Shown piece after piece: positions 54,253-60,933 of a stretch of DNA of 60,933 nt. The notes below the pieces were generated by a model. That model was given only the letters and a program-made list of their open reading frames with translations. It had not been told where the DNA came from and searched no databases. Each line of letters starts with the position of its first letter. Within the stretch, counting starts at the first letter, position 1. This stretch comes from Candidatus Nealsonbacteria bacterium. GTDB taxonomy: Bacteria; Patescibacteriota; Minisyncoccia; Minisyncoccales; PWPS01. The DNA is taken from positions 1 to 60,933 of the forward strand of contig PWGJ01000059.1 of the NCBI GenBank assembly GCA_003554445.1. Direction: 5' to 3'. The translations under genes were made by a program, and so were the position numbers.

Positions 54253-57200
54253 TTAATTGATTCTCTTAATCTTTTCAGCTATTATTTTTGGATTTTCGTC
54301 TCTATGATTTACTTTCCCATAAACAAAAACTATATTATTTGAGTCCAGGAGACTCTTATATTTTTGATAAGTGTCGGGAAAGACTATTATTTCGATGCTA
54401 TCTTCCTTGTTTTTAAGAGTTGCAAAACTCATCCGGTTTCCTTTTTTGGTGGTAATCTCTTTTGTTTTCGAAATCATGCCGCCGATTCGCACTTTTTTAT
54501 CTGACATTTGTCTCTTTGCCTTTTCTATGCTCATCGCTTTTTTTAATTTCTTCTGATGCTTATCCAAGGGATGACCCGTAATAAAAAGACCTAACAATTC
54601 TTTTTCCCACTTTAACTTATCATCAACGGGGGTAGGATCAACTTCATCCAGCTTTATTTCGGATTTGTATGCGTCATTGGATTCAAAAAGCCCGGACTGG
54701 CCACTCTTTTCCTTGCTTCTTATCTCTTTACTGTAGGCTAATATTTTTTCCATATTTTTTAAGATTCTGTTTCTTTCCATTAAGCTTTCGAAGGCTCCCG
54801 CTTTAGCTAACGCCTCAAGTGATTTTTTATTGAGATGTCGGGAATGAATTCTTGACAAGAAGTCATTTAAAGATTTATATTTTCCGTTCTCTTTTCTATC
54901 TTCCACAATTTCTTCCACCAGTTTGCTGCCGACGTTTTTAATTGCAGCCAACCCAAATCTTATCTGATTTTTTTCCGGAACCACACTGAAATAGGTAAAA
55001 CTTTCATTTATATCGGGTTGTAAAACTTCAATTCCCATTCGCTTACATTCTCCCATCAAAAACCCGAGACGATCTATATTTTTCTGCTCTGCGGTAAGAA
55101 GGGATGACATAAATTCTTCCGGATAATGAGCTTTAAGATAGGCGGTTTGATAGGCTACCTGAGCGTAAGCGGCAGCATGACTCTTGTTGAATGAATATTG
55201 AGCGAAGGGCTTAATCCAGCTCCAAATTTCTTCTCCCAGCTCTTCCGAATAACCATTTTCTTGCAACCCTTTTAGGAATTTTTTCTTCTGACTCTTGAGT
55301 AGAGAGGCAATCTTTTTACCTATTGCTTTTCTTAAAATATCGGCCTCGGCCAAGCTGTAGCCGGCCATCTCTTGAGCAATTCTCATAACCTGCTCCTGGT
55401 AGACGCAAACCCCGTAAGTTGATTTCAGAATCGGTTCCAAGTCGGGATGAAGATATTCAACATCTTCTTTACCGTGTTTTCTTTTAATATAGGTTGGAAT
55501 GTATTGCATCGGACCCGGTCGATAAAGGGCAACCATGGCAATAATATCTTCAATATTAGTAGGTTTTAGCTGTTTTAGATATCTTTGAAATCCGGATGAT
55601 TCAAGTTGAAAAACTCCGGTAGTATTTCCTTTTTGTAAGAGGTCAAAAGCTTTTTCATCATCAAGGTCAAGATTATCGATATCTATATTTTCATTATGAA
55701 TTGCGTAAACTTTTTTAAGCGTATCTTCAATAATGGTTAAATTCTTCAGCCCCAAAATATCCATCTTTAAGAGTCCTATGTCTTCTATTGCGTGCATTTC
55801 ATACTGGGTAACGATTACATTGTCATCTTGAGAGGGGTGTTGAAGAGGTACTCTGTTGGGAAGAGGTTCATTACCGATAACGAGCCCACAGGCATGAGTT
55901 GATGCATGACGAACTACTCCCTCCAATCTTTTTGCAGCATCAATTAATTTTTCGGCTTTGGGGTCGGTATTGTATAGTTGTCTGAAATCGGAGTTATTTT
56001 CCAAAGTTTCATCCAAATCCTGTCCGGTAGGTATCATCTTTGCAACCCGATCACAATAACCGTATTCATAACCCAAAGCTCTTCCCGTATCTCTGATTGC
56101 TGCTCTTGCCGCCATTGTTCCAAAAGTTATTATCTGAGCCACTTTTTCTTTCCCGTAAGTTCGAGCTATGTAATCGATTACTTCATCTCTTCTTTTATCT
56201 GTAAAATCAAGATCAATATCGGGCATCGACACCTTGGCTCTTCCGGGATTCAGAAATCTTTCGAAGATAAGGTCATATTTTAGTGGGTCGATATTGGTAA
56301 TTCTAAGCAAGTAAGAAACCAGAGAGCCTCCTGCGGAGCCTCTGCCCGGCCCCACTACGATATGGTTTTCTTTAGCCCAATTAACAAAGTCCTGAACTAT
56401 TAGAAAATAGGAGGCAAACCCGGTATCGTTAATTATATTCAACTCATAATCCAATCTTTCTTTCGCCCTTTCAAGATTCTTTTTTTCATACCTGTTTTTT
56501 AGATTTTTTTCACATAAATCACGCAAATGCTCCTCGGCGCTTTTTCCGTTGGGTAGTGGTATTTTAGGTAGTCTGGTTTGCCCTAAATTAAATTCAAAAT
56601 CACAAAGGTCTTTTATTTTTTGAGTATTTTTTATCGCTTCGGGAGTATCAGCGAATATCTCTGCCATCTTCTCCGGGCTTTTCATCGAAAAGTCATCTTC
56701 TCTCAAAGATAATCTGTCCGGGTCATTAACATCCGAACCCGTGCTTATGGACATTAAAATATCTTGAATTTCTCCGTCTTCCGGCTTAAGGTAATGACTG
56801 TCACAAGTTGCAACCAGAGGTATGTCCAATTCTTCTGACCAACTTTTAAGTGTTTCGTTGACCGTTTTTTGTTGAGATATATTGGGGTGGTGCTGGATCT
56901 CAAAATAAAAAGAATCTTTCCCGAATATATTTTTATACTTCAAAGCTAACTCTTTAGCCTCTTTCTTTTTTCCGGACAATATATATTGAGGAATTTTCCC
57001 TTGTATGCAGGCACTCAAGGCGATTAATCCTTCCGAGTGTTTCTCCAACAACTTTTCATCTATTCTTGGCTTGTAGTAAAAACCTCTCAGATGTGCCTCA
57101 GTAATCATCTTCACTAAATTTTTATAACCTTGATCATTTTTAACCAACAAAACAAGGTGATAGTTTTTATTATCCACTTTGGGTCTTTTTTGCTCCATAC

Positions 57201-57417
57201 CATCTACGGCAACATACAACTCTGATCCTATTATTGGTTTGATGTCTTCATCCTTAGCTTTTTTGTAAAACTCGACTGCGCCATAGAGAACACCATGGTC
57301 GGTTAATGCAACCGAGTCCATATTATTTTCCTTTACGTAGTTGATGAGTTCATCTATTTTTGGTAGTCCATCCAAGATGCTATAGTGAGAATGGACATGT
57401 AAATGTGTAAAATTCAT
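54253..57417 (-). CDS. dnaE: DNA polymerase III alpha subunit
   Basis: 1054 aa with a PHP domain (FTHLHVHSHYSILDG), a polymerase core and an OB-fold C-terminus. Confidence 0.96.
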   Translation of the reverse strand: MNFTHLHVHSHYSILDGLPKIDELINYVKENNMDSVALTDHGVLYGAVEFYKKAKDEDIKPIIGSELYVAVDGMEQKRPKVDNKNYHLVLLVKNDQGYKNLVKMITEAHLRGFYYKPRIDEKLLEKHSEGLIALSACIQGKIPQYILSGKKKEAKELALKYKNIFGKDSFYFEIQHHPNISQQKTVNETLKSWSEELDIPLVATCDSHYLKPEDGEIQDILMSISTGSDVNDPDRLSLREDDFSMKSPEKMAEIFADTPEAIKNTQKIKDLCDFEFNLGQTRLPKIPLPNGKSAEEHLRDLCEKNLKNRYEKKNLERAKERLDYELNIINDTGFASYFLIVQDFVNWAKENHIVVGPGRGSAGGSLVSYLLRITNIDPLKYDLIFERFLNPGRAKVSMPDIDLDFTDKRRDEVIDYIARTYGKEKVAQIITFGTMAARAAIRDTGRALGYEYGYCDRVAKMIPTGQDLDETLENNSDFRQLYNTDPKAEKLIDAAKRLEGVVRHASTHACGLVIGNEPLPNRVPLQHPSQDDNVIVTQYEMHAIEDIGLLKMDILGLKNLTIIEDTLKKVYAIHNENIDIDNLDLDDEKAFDLLQKGNTTGVFQLESSGFQRYLKQLKPTNIEDIIAMVALYRPGPMQYIPTYIKRKHGKEDVEYLHPDLEPILKSTYGVCVYQEQVMRIAQEMAGYSLAEADILRKAIGKKIASLLKSQKKKFLKGLQENGYSEELGEEIWSWIKPFAQYSFNKSHAAAYAQVAYQTAYLKAHYPEEFMSSLLTAEQKNIDRLGFLMGECKRMGIEVLQPDINESFTYFSVVPEKNQIRFGLAAIKNVGSKLVEEIVEDRKENGKYKSLNDFLSRIHSRHLNKKSLEALAKAGAFESLMERNRILKNMEKILAYSKEIRSKEKSGQSGLFESNDAYKSEIKLDEVDPTPVDDKLKWEKELLGLFITGHPLDKHQKKLKKAMSIEKAKRQMSDKKVRIGGMISKTKEITTKKGNRMSFATLKNKEDSIEIIVFPDTYQKYKSLLDSNNIVFVYGKVNHRDENPKIIAEKIKRIN

Positions 57418-57483
57418 TAATCGGAAGGTATTAAAAATTGTAACCGCTCTTTAATGATATAAAAAATTAGGCTAAAAATAAAG

Positions 57484-58047
57484 ATGAAAAAGAAAAAAGA
57501 AAAGATAATAGGAGTTGATGAAGCGGGTAGAGGACCGTTAGCGGGTCCGGTTTTTGCCGGAGCAGCTTACATAAAAGAAGAGCCCGAATTTTTAAAAGAG
57601 ATAAAAGACAGCAAGAAGATATCGGAAAAGAAAAGAGAAAGACTTTATGATCAAATTATAAGGAGTGAAAAAATAGTTACTTCCGTAGCTTATATGAATT
57701 CGGATGTTATAGACTCCATTAACATATTGGAAGCGACAAAGCTGGCCATGAAAGAGGCAGTAGAAGGGATAAAAGAGAAAGGATTGGTCGTAGTGGACGG
57801 AAATTTTAAGATTCCTATTGAGCGAAAGCAAAAGTCAGTAATTAAAGCGGATGAAAAGATCTTAGAATGTTCGATAGCCTCCATTATAGCTAAAGTTTCC
57901 AGGGATAGAGTGATGCGGAAAATGGATAATGAGTTTCCGGGATATGGATTTTCTTCCAATAAAGGATATCCTACAAAAGCGCATAAGGAAGCGATAAAAA
58001 AACTGGGCCCAACTAGGATTCACAGAAAATCATTCGAGATGAATTGA
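57484..58047 (+). CDS. rnhB: Ribonuclease HII
   Basis: 187 aa with VDEAGRGPLAGPV and DSKK motifs. Confidence 0.92.
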   Translation: MKKKKEKIIGVDEAGRGPLAGPVFAGAAYIKEEPEFLKEIKDSKKISEKKRERLYDQIIRSEKIVTSVAYMNSDVIDSINILEATKLAMKEAVEGIKEKGLVVVDGNFKIPIERKQKSVIKADEKILECSIASIIAKVSRDRVMRKMDNEFPGYGFSSNKGYPTKAHKEAIKKLGPTRIHRKSFEMN

Positions 58048-58054
58048 ATTTTTC

Positions 58055-58083
58055 TTGCCTTAAATAATATTTTCTGTTACAAT
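58055..58083 (+). promoter_or_regulatory. Putative extended -10 promoter for rpmF-nusB-rnc
   Basis: TTGCCT (58055-58060), 17-nt spacer ending in TGT, TACAAT (58078-58083). Confidence 0.45.
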
Positions 58084-58135
58084 AAATAAATGTCTGACAA
58101 AGACGTCAATTTATAAGTAGATTTATATTAAAATT

Positions 58136-58405
58136 ATGGCTGTTCCGAAATCCAGAAATACAAAATCAAAAAGAAACAATCGGAGGATGCACATCTATTT
58201 AGAAAATCCTCCCCTTACCGATTGCCAGACTTGCGGTGAAAAAGTAAGAAGGCATCATATGTGTAAAAATTGTGGTCATTATAAGGGTAAGCAAGTTGTA
58301 GACGTAATGGAGGAACTTACGGAAAAAGAAGAGAAAAAGAAGAAAGAGGAGATGGAGAAGAATAGACCCGATGGACCTTTAAATATGGAGAATTTGTCAA
58401 AATAA
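58136..58405 (+). CDS. rpmF: 50S ribosomal protein L32 with K/E-rich C-terminal extension
   Basis: 89 aa. MAVPKSRNTKSKRNNRR... with CxxC...CxxC, then EEKKKKEEMEK... Confidence 0.92.
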   Translation: MAVPKSRNTKSKRNNRRMHIYLENPPLTDCQTCGEKVRRHHMCKNCGHYKGKQVVDVMEELTEKEEKKKKEEMEKNRPDGPLNMENLSK

Positions 58406-58411
58406 AAGAAT

Positions 58412-58858
58412 ATGTCCTCAAGACATTTGACGAGAAGAATAGTACTTCAAACACTTTATGAGTGGGATTTTTTTGGTAAAGAGAAAGATTACAAGGCCGT
58501 ATTGGAGAGAAACTTTGAAGAATTCGGACCTGATTTGGATGAAAAAGATTTCGCTGAAGATATTTTAGAGGGCATCTTCAATAATCTTGATGAATTAAAT
58601 AATATTATAACCACTGCGGCGCCACAATGGCCGCTTGAAAAAACAACGATAGTTGATAGAAATGTTCTCAGAATAGGTCTTTTTGAGCTTATTTACAGTG
58701 ATGATGAGGAAGTTCCCCCAAAGGTAGCTATTAACGAAGCTATCGAATTGGCAAAAGAGTTTGGAGGAGAAAGTTCGGGAAAGTTCGTAAATGGAGTTTT
58801 GGGAACCGTATACAATCAACTGCAAGAAGAAACCGAAGATGACCAGCAGCATGAATAA
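58412..58858 (+). CDS. nusB: Transcription antitermination factor NusB
   Basis: 148 aa, NusB family ([13 protein letters not shown]..., [24 protein letters not shown]). Confidence 0.9.
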   Translation: MSSRHLTRRIVLQTLYEWDFFGKEKDYKAVLERNFEEFGPDLDEKDFAEDILEGIFNNLDELNNIITTAAPQWPLEKTTIVDRNVLRIGLFELIYSDDEEVPPKVAINEAIELAKEFGGESSGKFVNGVLGTVYNQLQEETEDDQQHE

Positions 58859-59546
58859 AAAATTTGAAAAACTTGAAAAAAAACTCGATCTGAATTTTAA
58901 AAATAAGGACTTGCTTGTTCAGGCTTTCTGCCATCGTTCTTATCTTAACGAAAATCCTGATTTTGATCTGGGACAAAATGAAAGATTGGAGTTTTTGGGT
59001 GATGCAGTTATGGAACTTGTTGTCACCGACTATTTATTTAAAAAATATCCGAATAAGTCGGAAGGTATTTTAACCAATTGGAGAGCGGCATTGGTTAATA
59101 CGAAAATGATTTCCAAAATTGCCAGAGAATTAAAGCTTGGAAAGTATCTGCTCCTCTCAAACGGAGAGAAGAGAGAAAGAGGAAAAGCTAAACAATATAT
59201 GTTGGCGGATACCTTCGAAGCTTTAATAGGGGCGATATATATCGATAGTGGATATAACCAAGCAAGAAAATTTATCAAGAAATATCTACTTAAGGAGCTG
59301 CCTGAGATTATCTCTTTGGAACTTTTCAAAGATCCAAAATCCGAACTGCAAGAGATTGCCCAGGAAAGATCAGGCATAACACCGGTTTATAAGAAAATAG
59401 ATGAAAATGGACCGGATCATGATAAAAGATTTCGAATGGGAGTCTTCTTGGGTGAAAAAAAACTTGCGGAAGGAGAGGGAGGATCAAAGAAAGAGGCTGA
59501 AGAGGAGGCGGCACAAAAAGCATTAGAAAAGAAGTTTAATAAGTAA
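58851..59546 (+). CDS. rnc: Ribonuclease III
   Basis: The ATG at 58851 (overlapping the nusB stop) gives [12 protein letters not shown].... It has the RNase III signature [10 protein letters not shown] and a C-terminal dsRBD. Confidence 0.93.
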   Translation: MNKKFEKLEKKLDLNFKNKDLLVQAFCHRSYLNENPDFDLGQNERLEFLGDAVMELVVTDYLFKKYPNKSEGILTNWRAALVNTKMISKIARELKLGKYLLLSNGEKRERGKAKQYMLADTFEALIGAIYIDSGYNQARKFIKKYLLKELPEIISLELFKDPKSELQEIAQERSGITPVYKKIDENGPDHDKRFRMGVFLGEKKLAEGEGGSKKEAEEEAAQKALEKKFNK

Positions 59547-59603
59547 ATTAGCACACCAGGGCGGATCAATCGGTAAGATTGATGAATGTCTTGGAGAATA
59601 AAT

Positions 59604-60221
59604 ATGTTAAGAATAAGATTATCCAGAGTAGGACGAAAAAAACAACCCTTTTTTAAGATTGTGGTAATCCCTAAAAGCGCTGCTGCCAAAAGCAGAACTT
59701 TTAAGGATGAAGTGGGAACTCATGATCCCGTTAATAAAGAGACCGTAATTGATGCGGAAAAAACGAGAAGTTGGATTGCTAAAGGAGCACAGCCGACTGA
59801 TACCGTACACAATCTTCTGGTAAAACACGGTGTTATAACGGGGAGAAAGAAGAAGGTTCATGACAAAGATCCGGTAGAAGCTAAGAAAGAAGAAAAACCA
59901 AAAGAGGATGAAGAGAAAAAAGAAACTAAAGAAGAAGAAAAAGAAGAAGATGAAGATGGAGATAAAGAAGAAGAAAAAGAAGACACAGATGAGGAGAAGG
60001 GGAAGCAAGAAGATGAGGATAAGGAAGAAGAAAAACAAGAAAAGAAAGAAGAAGATAATGATTTAAATTCTTTGGATCTGACCACCAGAATAATAAATTC
60101 TTTAGAAGATGCCGGAATAGATACGGTTGAAAAATTGAAAGAAAAATCTGAAGATGAACTTAAAGAGGTGAAAGGTTTAGGACCCAAATCAATTGAAAAA
60201 ATTATGGAAGTTATCAAATAA
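59604..60221 (+). CDS. rpsP: 30S ribosomal protein S16 fused to a K/E-rich linker and an RpoA-CTD-like HhH domain
   Basis: The ATG at 59604 gives MLRIRLSRVGRKKQPFFKIVV... (S16 core, about 85 aa). About 70 aa of E/K/D low complexity follow, then LDLTTRIINSLEDAGIDTVEKL...VKGLGPKSIEKI. Confidence 0.9.
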   Translation: MLRIRLSRVGRKKQPFFKIVVIPKSAAAKSRTFKDEVGTHDPVNKETVIDAEKTRSWIAKGAQPTDTVHNLLVKHGVITGRKKKVHDKDPVEAKKEEKPKEDEEKKETKEEEKEEDEDGDKEEEKEDTDEEKGKQEDEDKEEEKQEKKEEDNDLNSLDLTTRIINSLEDAGIDTVEKLKEKSEDELKEVKGLGPKSIEKIMEVIK

Positions 60222-60237
60222 CTTCCGACTGAATTTG

Positions 60238-60266
60238 AAAACCCGTCTACTTGACGGGTTTTTAGT
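60238..60266 (+). terminator. Intrinsic terminator after rpsP
   Basis: AACCCGTC (60240-60247) pairs with GACGGGTT (60253-60260), followed by TTTTAGTTT. Confidence 0.8.
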
Positions 60267-60269
60267 TTG

Positions 60270-60297
60270 TTGACTTTTTTAATTAGCGTGATATATT
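60270..60297 (+). promoter_or_regulatory. Near-consensus extended -10 promoter
   Basis: TTGACT (60270-60275), 16-nt spacer ending in TGA, TATATT (60292-60297). Confidence 0.5.
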
Positions 60298-60326
60298 ATC
60301 AGTACTAAAAAGAGGAGGTAGATAAT

Positions 60327-60611
60327 ATGCTTGAAGATAGCTTGTCTGAGGAAGAAAAAGATTTACTTGAAAGTGTTAGATGTTTTGTTGAAAATGAAAG
60401 AAGGAGAGTTGGAGTCAATGAAAGTCAATTGGGAACCGGTCACAGAAAAGAAATCTCTTGCTTTGCTCACGGAGAGTTTAAGAACTTACTATACAGACAG
60501 CTAATTTATACTAAATACGGGTACGGTGACTGGATTGGATTAAACGGTGATGTTTTAAGAGAGCTCTCTGAGTATATTAAAAATATAAAAAATTATCGCA
60601 ATAAGCAGTAG
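60327..60611 (+). CDS. Hypothetical small protein (94 aa)
   Basis: SD AGAGGAGGT lies 7 nt upstream. It has its own promoter and terminator. No family recognised. Confidence 0.65.
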   Translation: MLEDSLSEEEKDLLESVRCFVENERRRVGVNESQLGTGHRKEISCFAHGEFKNLLYRQLIYTKYGYGDWIGLNGDVLRELSEYIKNIKNYRNKQ

Positions 60612-60632
60612 ATTCAATCTACTGCTTTTTCA
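60603..60632 (+). terminator. Intrinsic terminator overlapping the stop codon
   Basis: AAGCAGTAGATT (60603-60614) pairs with AATCTACTGCTT (60616-60627), followed by TTTTTC. Confidence 0.8.
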
Positions 60633-60664
60633 TTTGCAAAAGTAAAAAAATCCGCTCATTAACC

Positions 60665-60692
60665 TTGACATAAAAAGCAAAGGATATAGAAT
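60665..60692 (+). promoter_or_regulatory. Putative promoter for khpA
   Basis: TTGACA (60665-60670), 16-nt spacer, TAGAAT (60687-60692). Confidence 0.5.
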
Positions 60693-60776
60693 TATAACAG
60701 TAGCTTCTTAACGACCCCTTGGGTCGGCGCAAAAGGTCGAGCTACGATTGAATGAATTTAATAATGATCCATTATT

Positions 60777-60933
60777 ATGGCTAAGGATTTTGAACCAGCA
60801 AGCGATAAAGAATTTCTTGAATTTATCGTGAAGAACATCGTAGATCATCCTGAAGATGTGGAAATAGAAAGAAAAGTTGACGAAATGGGTGTCCTTCTTT
60901 CTCTCCACGTTCACGCTGATGACATGGGTCAAG
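60777..60933 (+). CDS. khpA: KH-domain RNA-binding protein KhpA/YlqC (UPF0109), 5' part; continues beyond the window
   Basis: The ATG at 60777 gives MAKDFEPASDKEFLEFIVKNIVDHPEDVEIERKVDEMGVLLSLHVHADDMGQ..., the classic KhpA N-terminus. The canonical neighbour of rpsP. Confidence 0.85.
   Translation, partial: MAKDFEPASDKEFLEFIVKNIVDHPEDVEIERKVDEMGVLLSLHVHADDMGQ

Noticed and set aside
59619-60217. Long minus-strand ORFs (59619-60038, 59858-60217; likewise 21323-21826, 23304-23606, 23489-23686) with Phe/Ser/Leu-rich low-complexity products.
   Set aside because: They are the antisense image of the AAR/GAR-rich Lys/Glu tracts in rpsP, rpsM/rpsK and rpoA. They have no start context and no independent signals, and they lie entirely within strongly supported genes.
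60708-60932. 74-aa minus-strand ORF at the window end.
   Set aside because: The plus strand here encodes a textbook KhpA N-terminus (FLEFIVKNIVDHPEDVEIE...) with its own promoter, so the minus ORF is antisense noise.

Overview
AT-rich bacterial window (60.9 kb) filled almost entirely with core information-processing genes. Standard code 11 gives about 85 intact genes.

Gene order:
- Plus strand, 1-48.5 kb: end of fusA, then tuf, then the S10/spc/alpha ribosomal superoperon (rpsJ ... rplO-secY, adk-map, then infA-rpmJ-rpsM-rpsK-rpsD-rpoA-rplQ-rplM-rpsI). Next come murA, two mreB paralogs bracketing holB-frr-rseP-proS, gatC-gatA, a 3-tRNA cluster (fMet, CAU, Asp), pheST, gyrB and secE-nusG-rplK. 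A dTMP/dTTP module follows (dCMP deaminase, P-loop kinase, tmk, thyA, folA, deoC), then gatB and a small accessory island.
- Minus strand, 48.6-57.4 kb: miaA, miaB, an unknown 538-aa membrane protein, thrS, dnaE.
- Plus strand again: rnhB, rpmF, nusB, rnc, rpsP, a small inserted gene, start of khpA.

Lineage inference: several features suggest a reduced-genome, CPR/Patescibacteria-like organism. This is inference only. The features are no rpmD between rpsE and rplO, rplK not followed by rplA, domain-trimmed AlaRS/ThrRS/ProRS, ATGA/TAATG gene overlaps, no Shine-Dalgarno before core genes, and Lys/Glu-rich tails on ribosomal proteins.

Most noteworthy observations:
1. Two essential genes each carry one in-frame stop at an invariant residue: tpiA has TGA at the first Gly of GGASL, and gatA has TAG at the last Ser of DSTS. 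TGA and TAG clearly act as stops elsewhere.
2. Five small or secreted accessory genes are the only ones with canonical Shine-Dalgarno sites. They also have one recurring TTGACA-16-TGnTATAAT-type promoter design and strong terminators. They sit as insulated cassettes inserted into conserved gene orders (46.3-48.6 kb and 60.27-60.63 kb).
3. One cassette encodes a signal-peptide protein with an 8-strand amphipathic pattern and an OMP-like C-terminal ...SLNF, plus a lipoprotein with a CARDB-like domain.
4. Ribosomal protein S16 is fused through a K/E-rich linker to an RNA polymerase alpha-CTD-like helix-hairpin-helix domain.

No CRISPR array, transposase, integrase or rRNA was seen.
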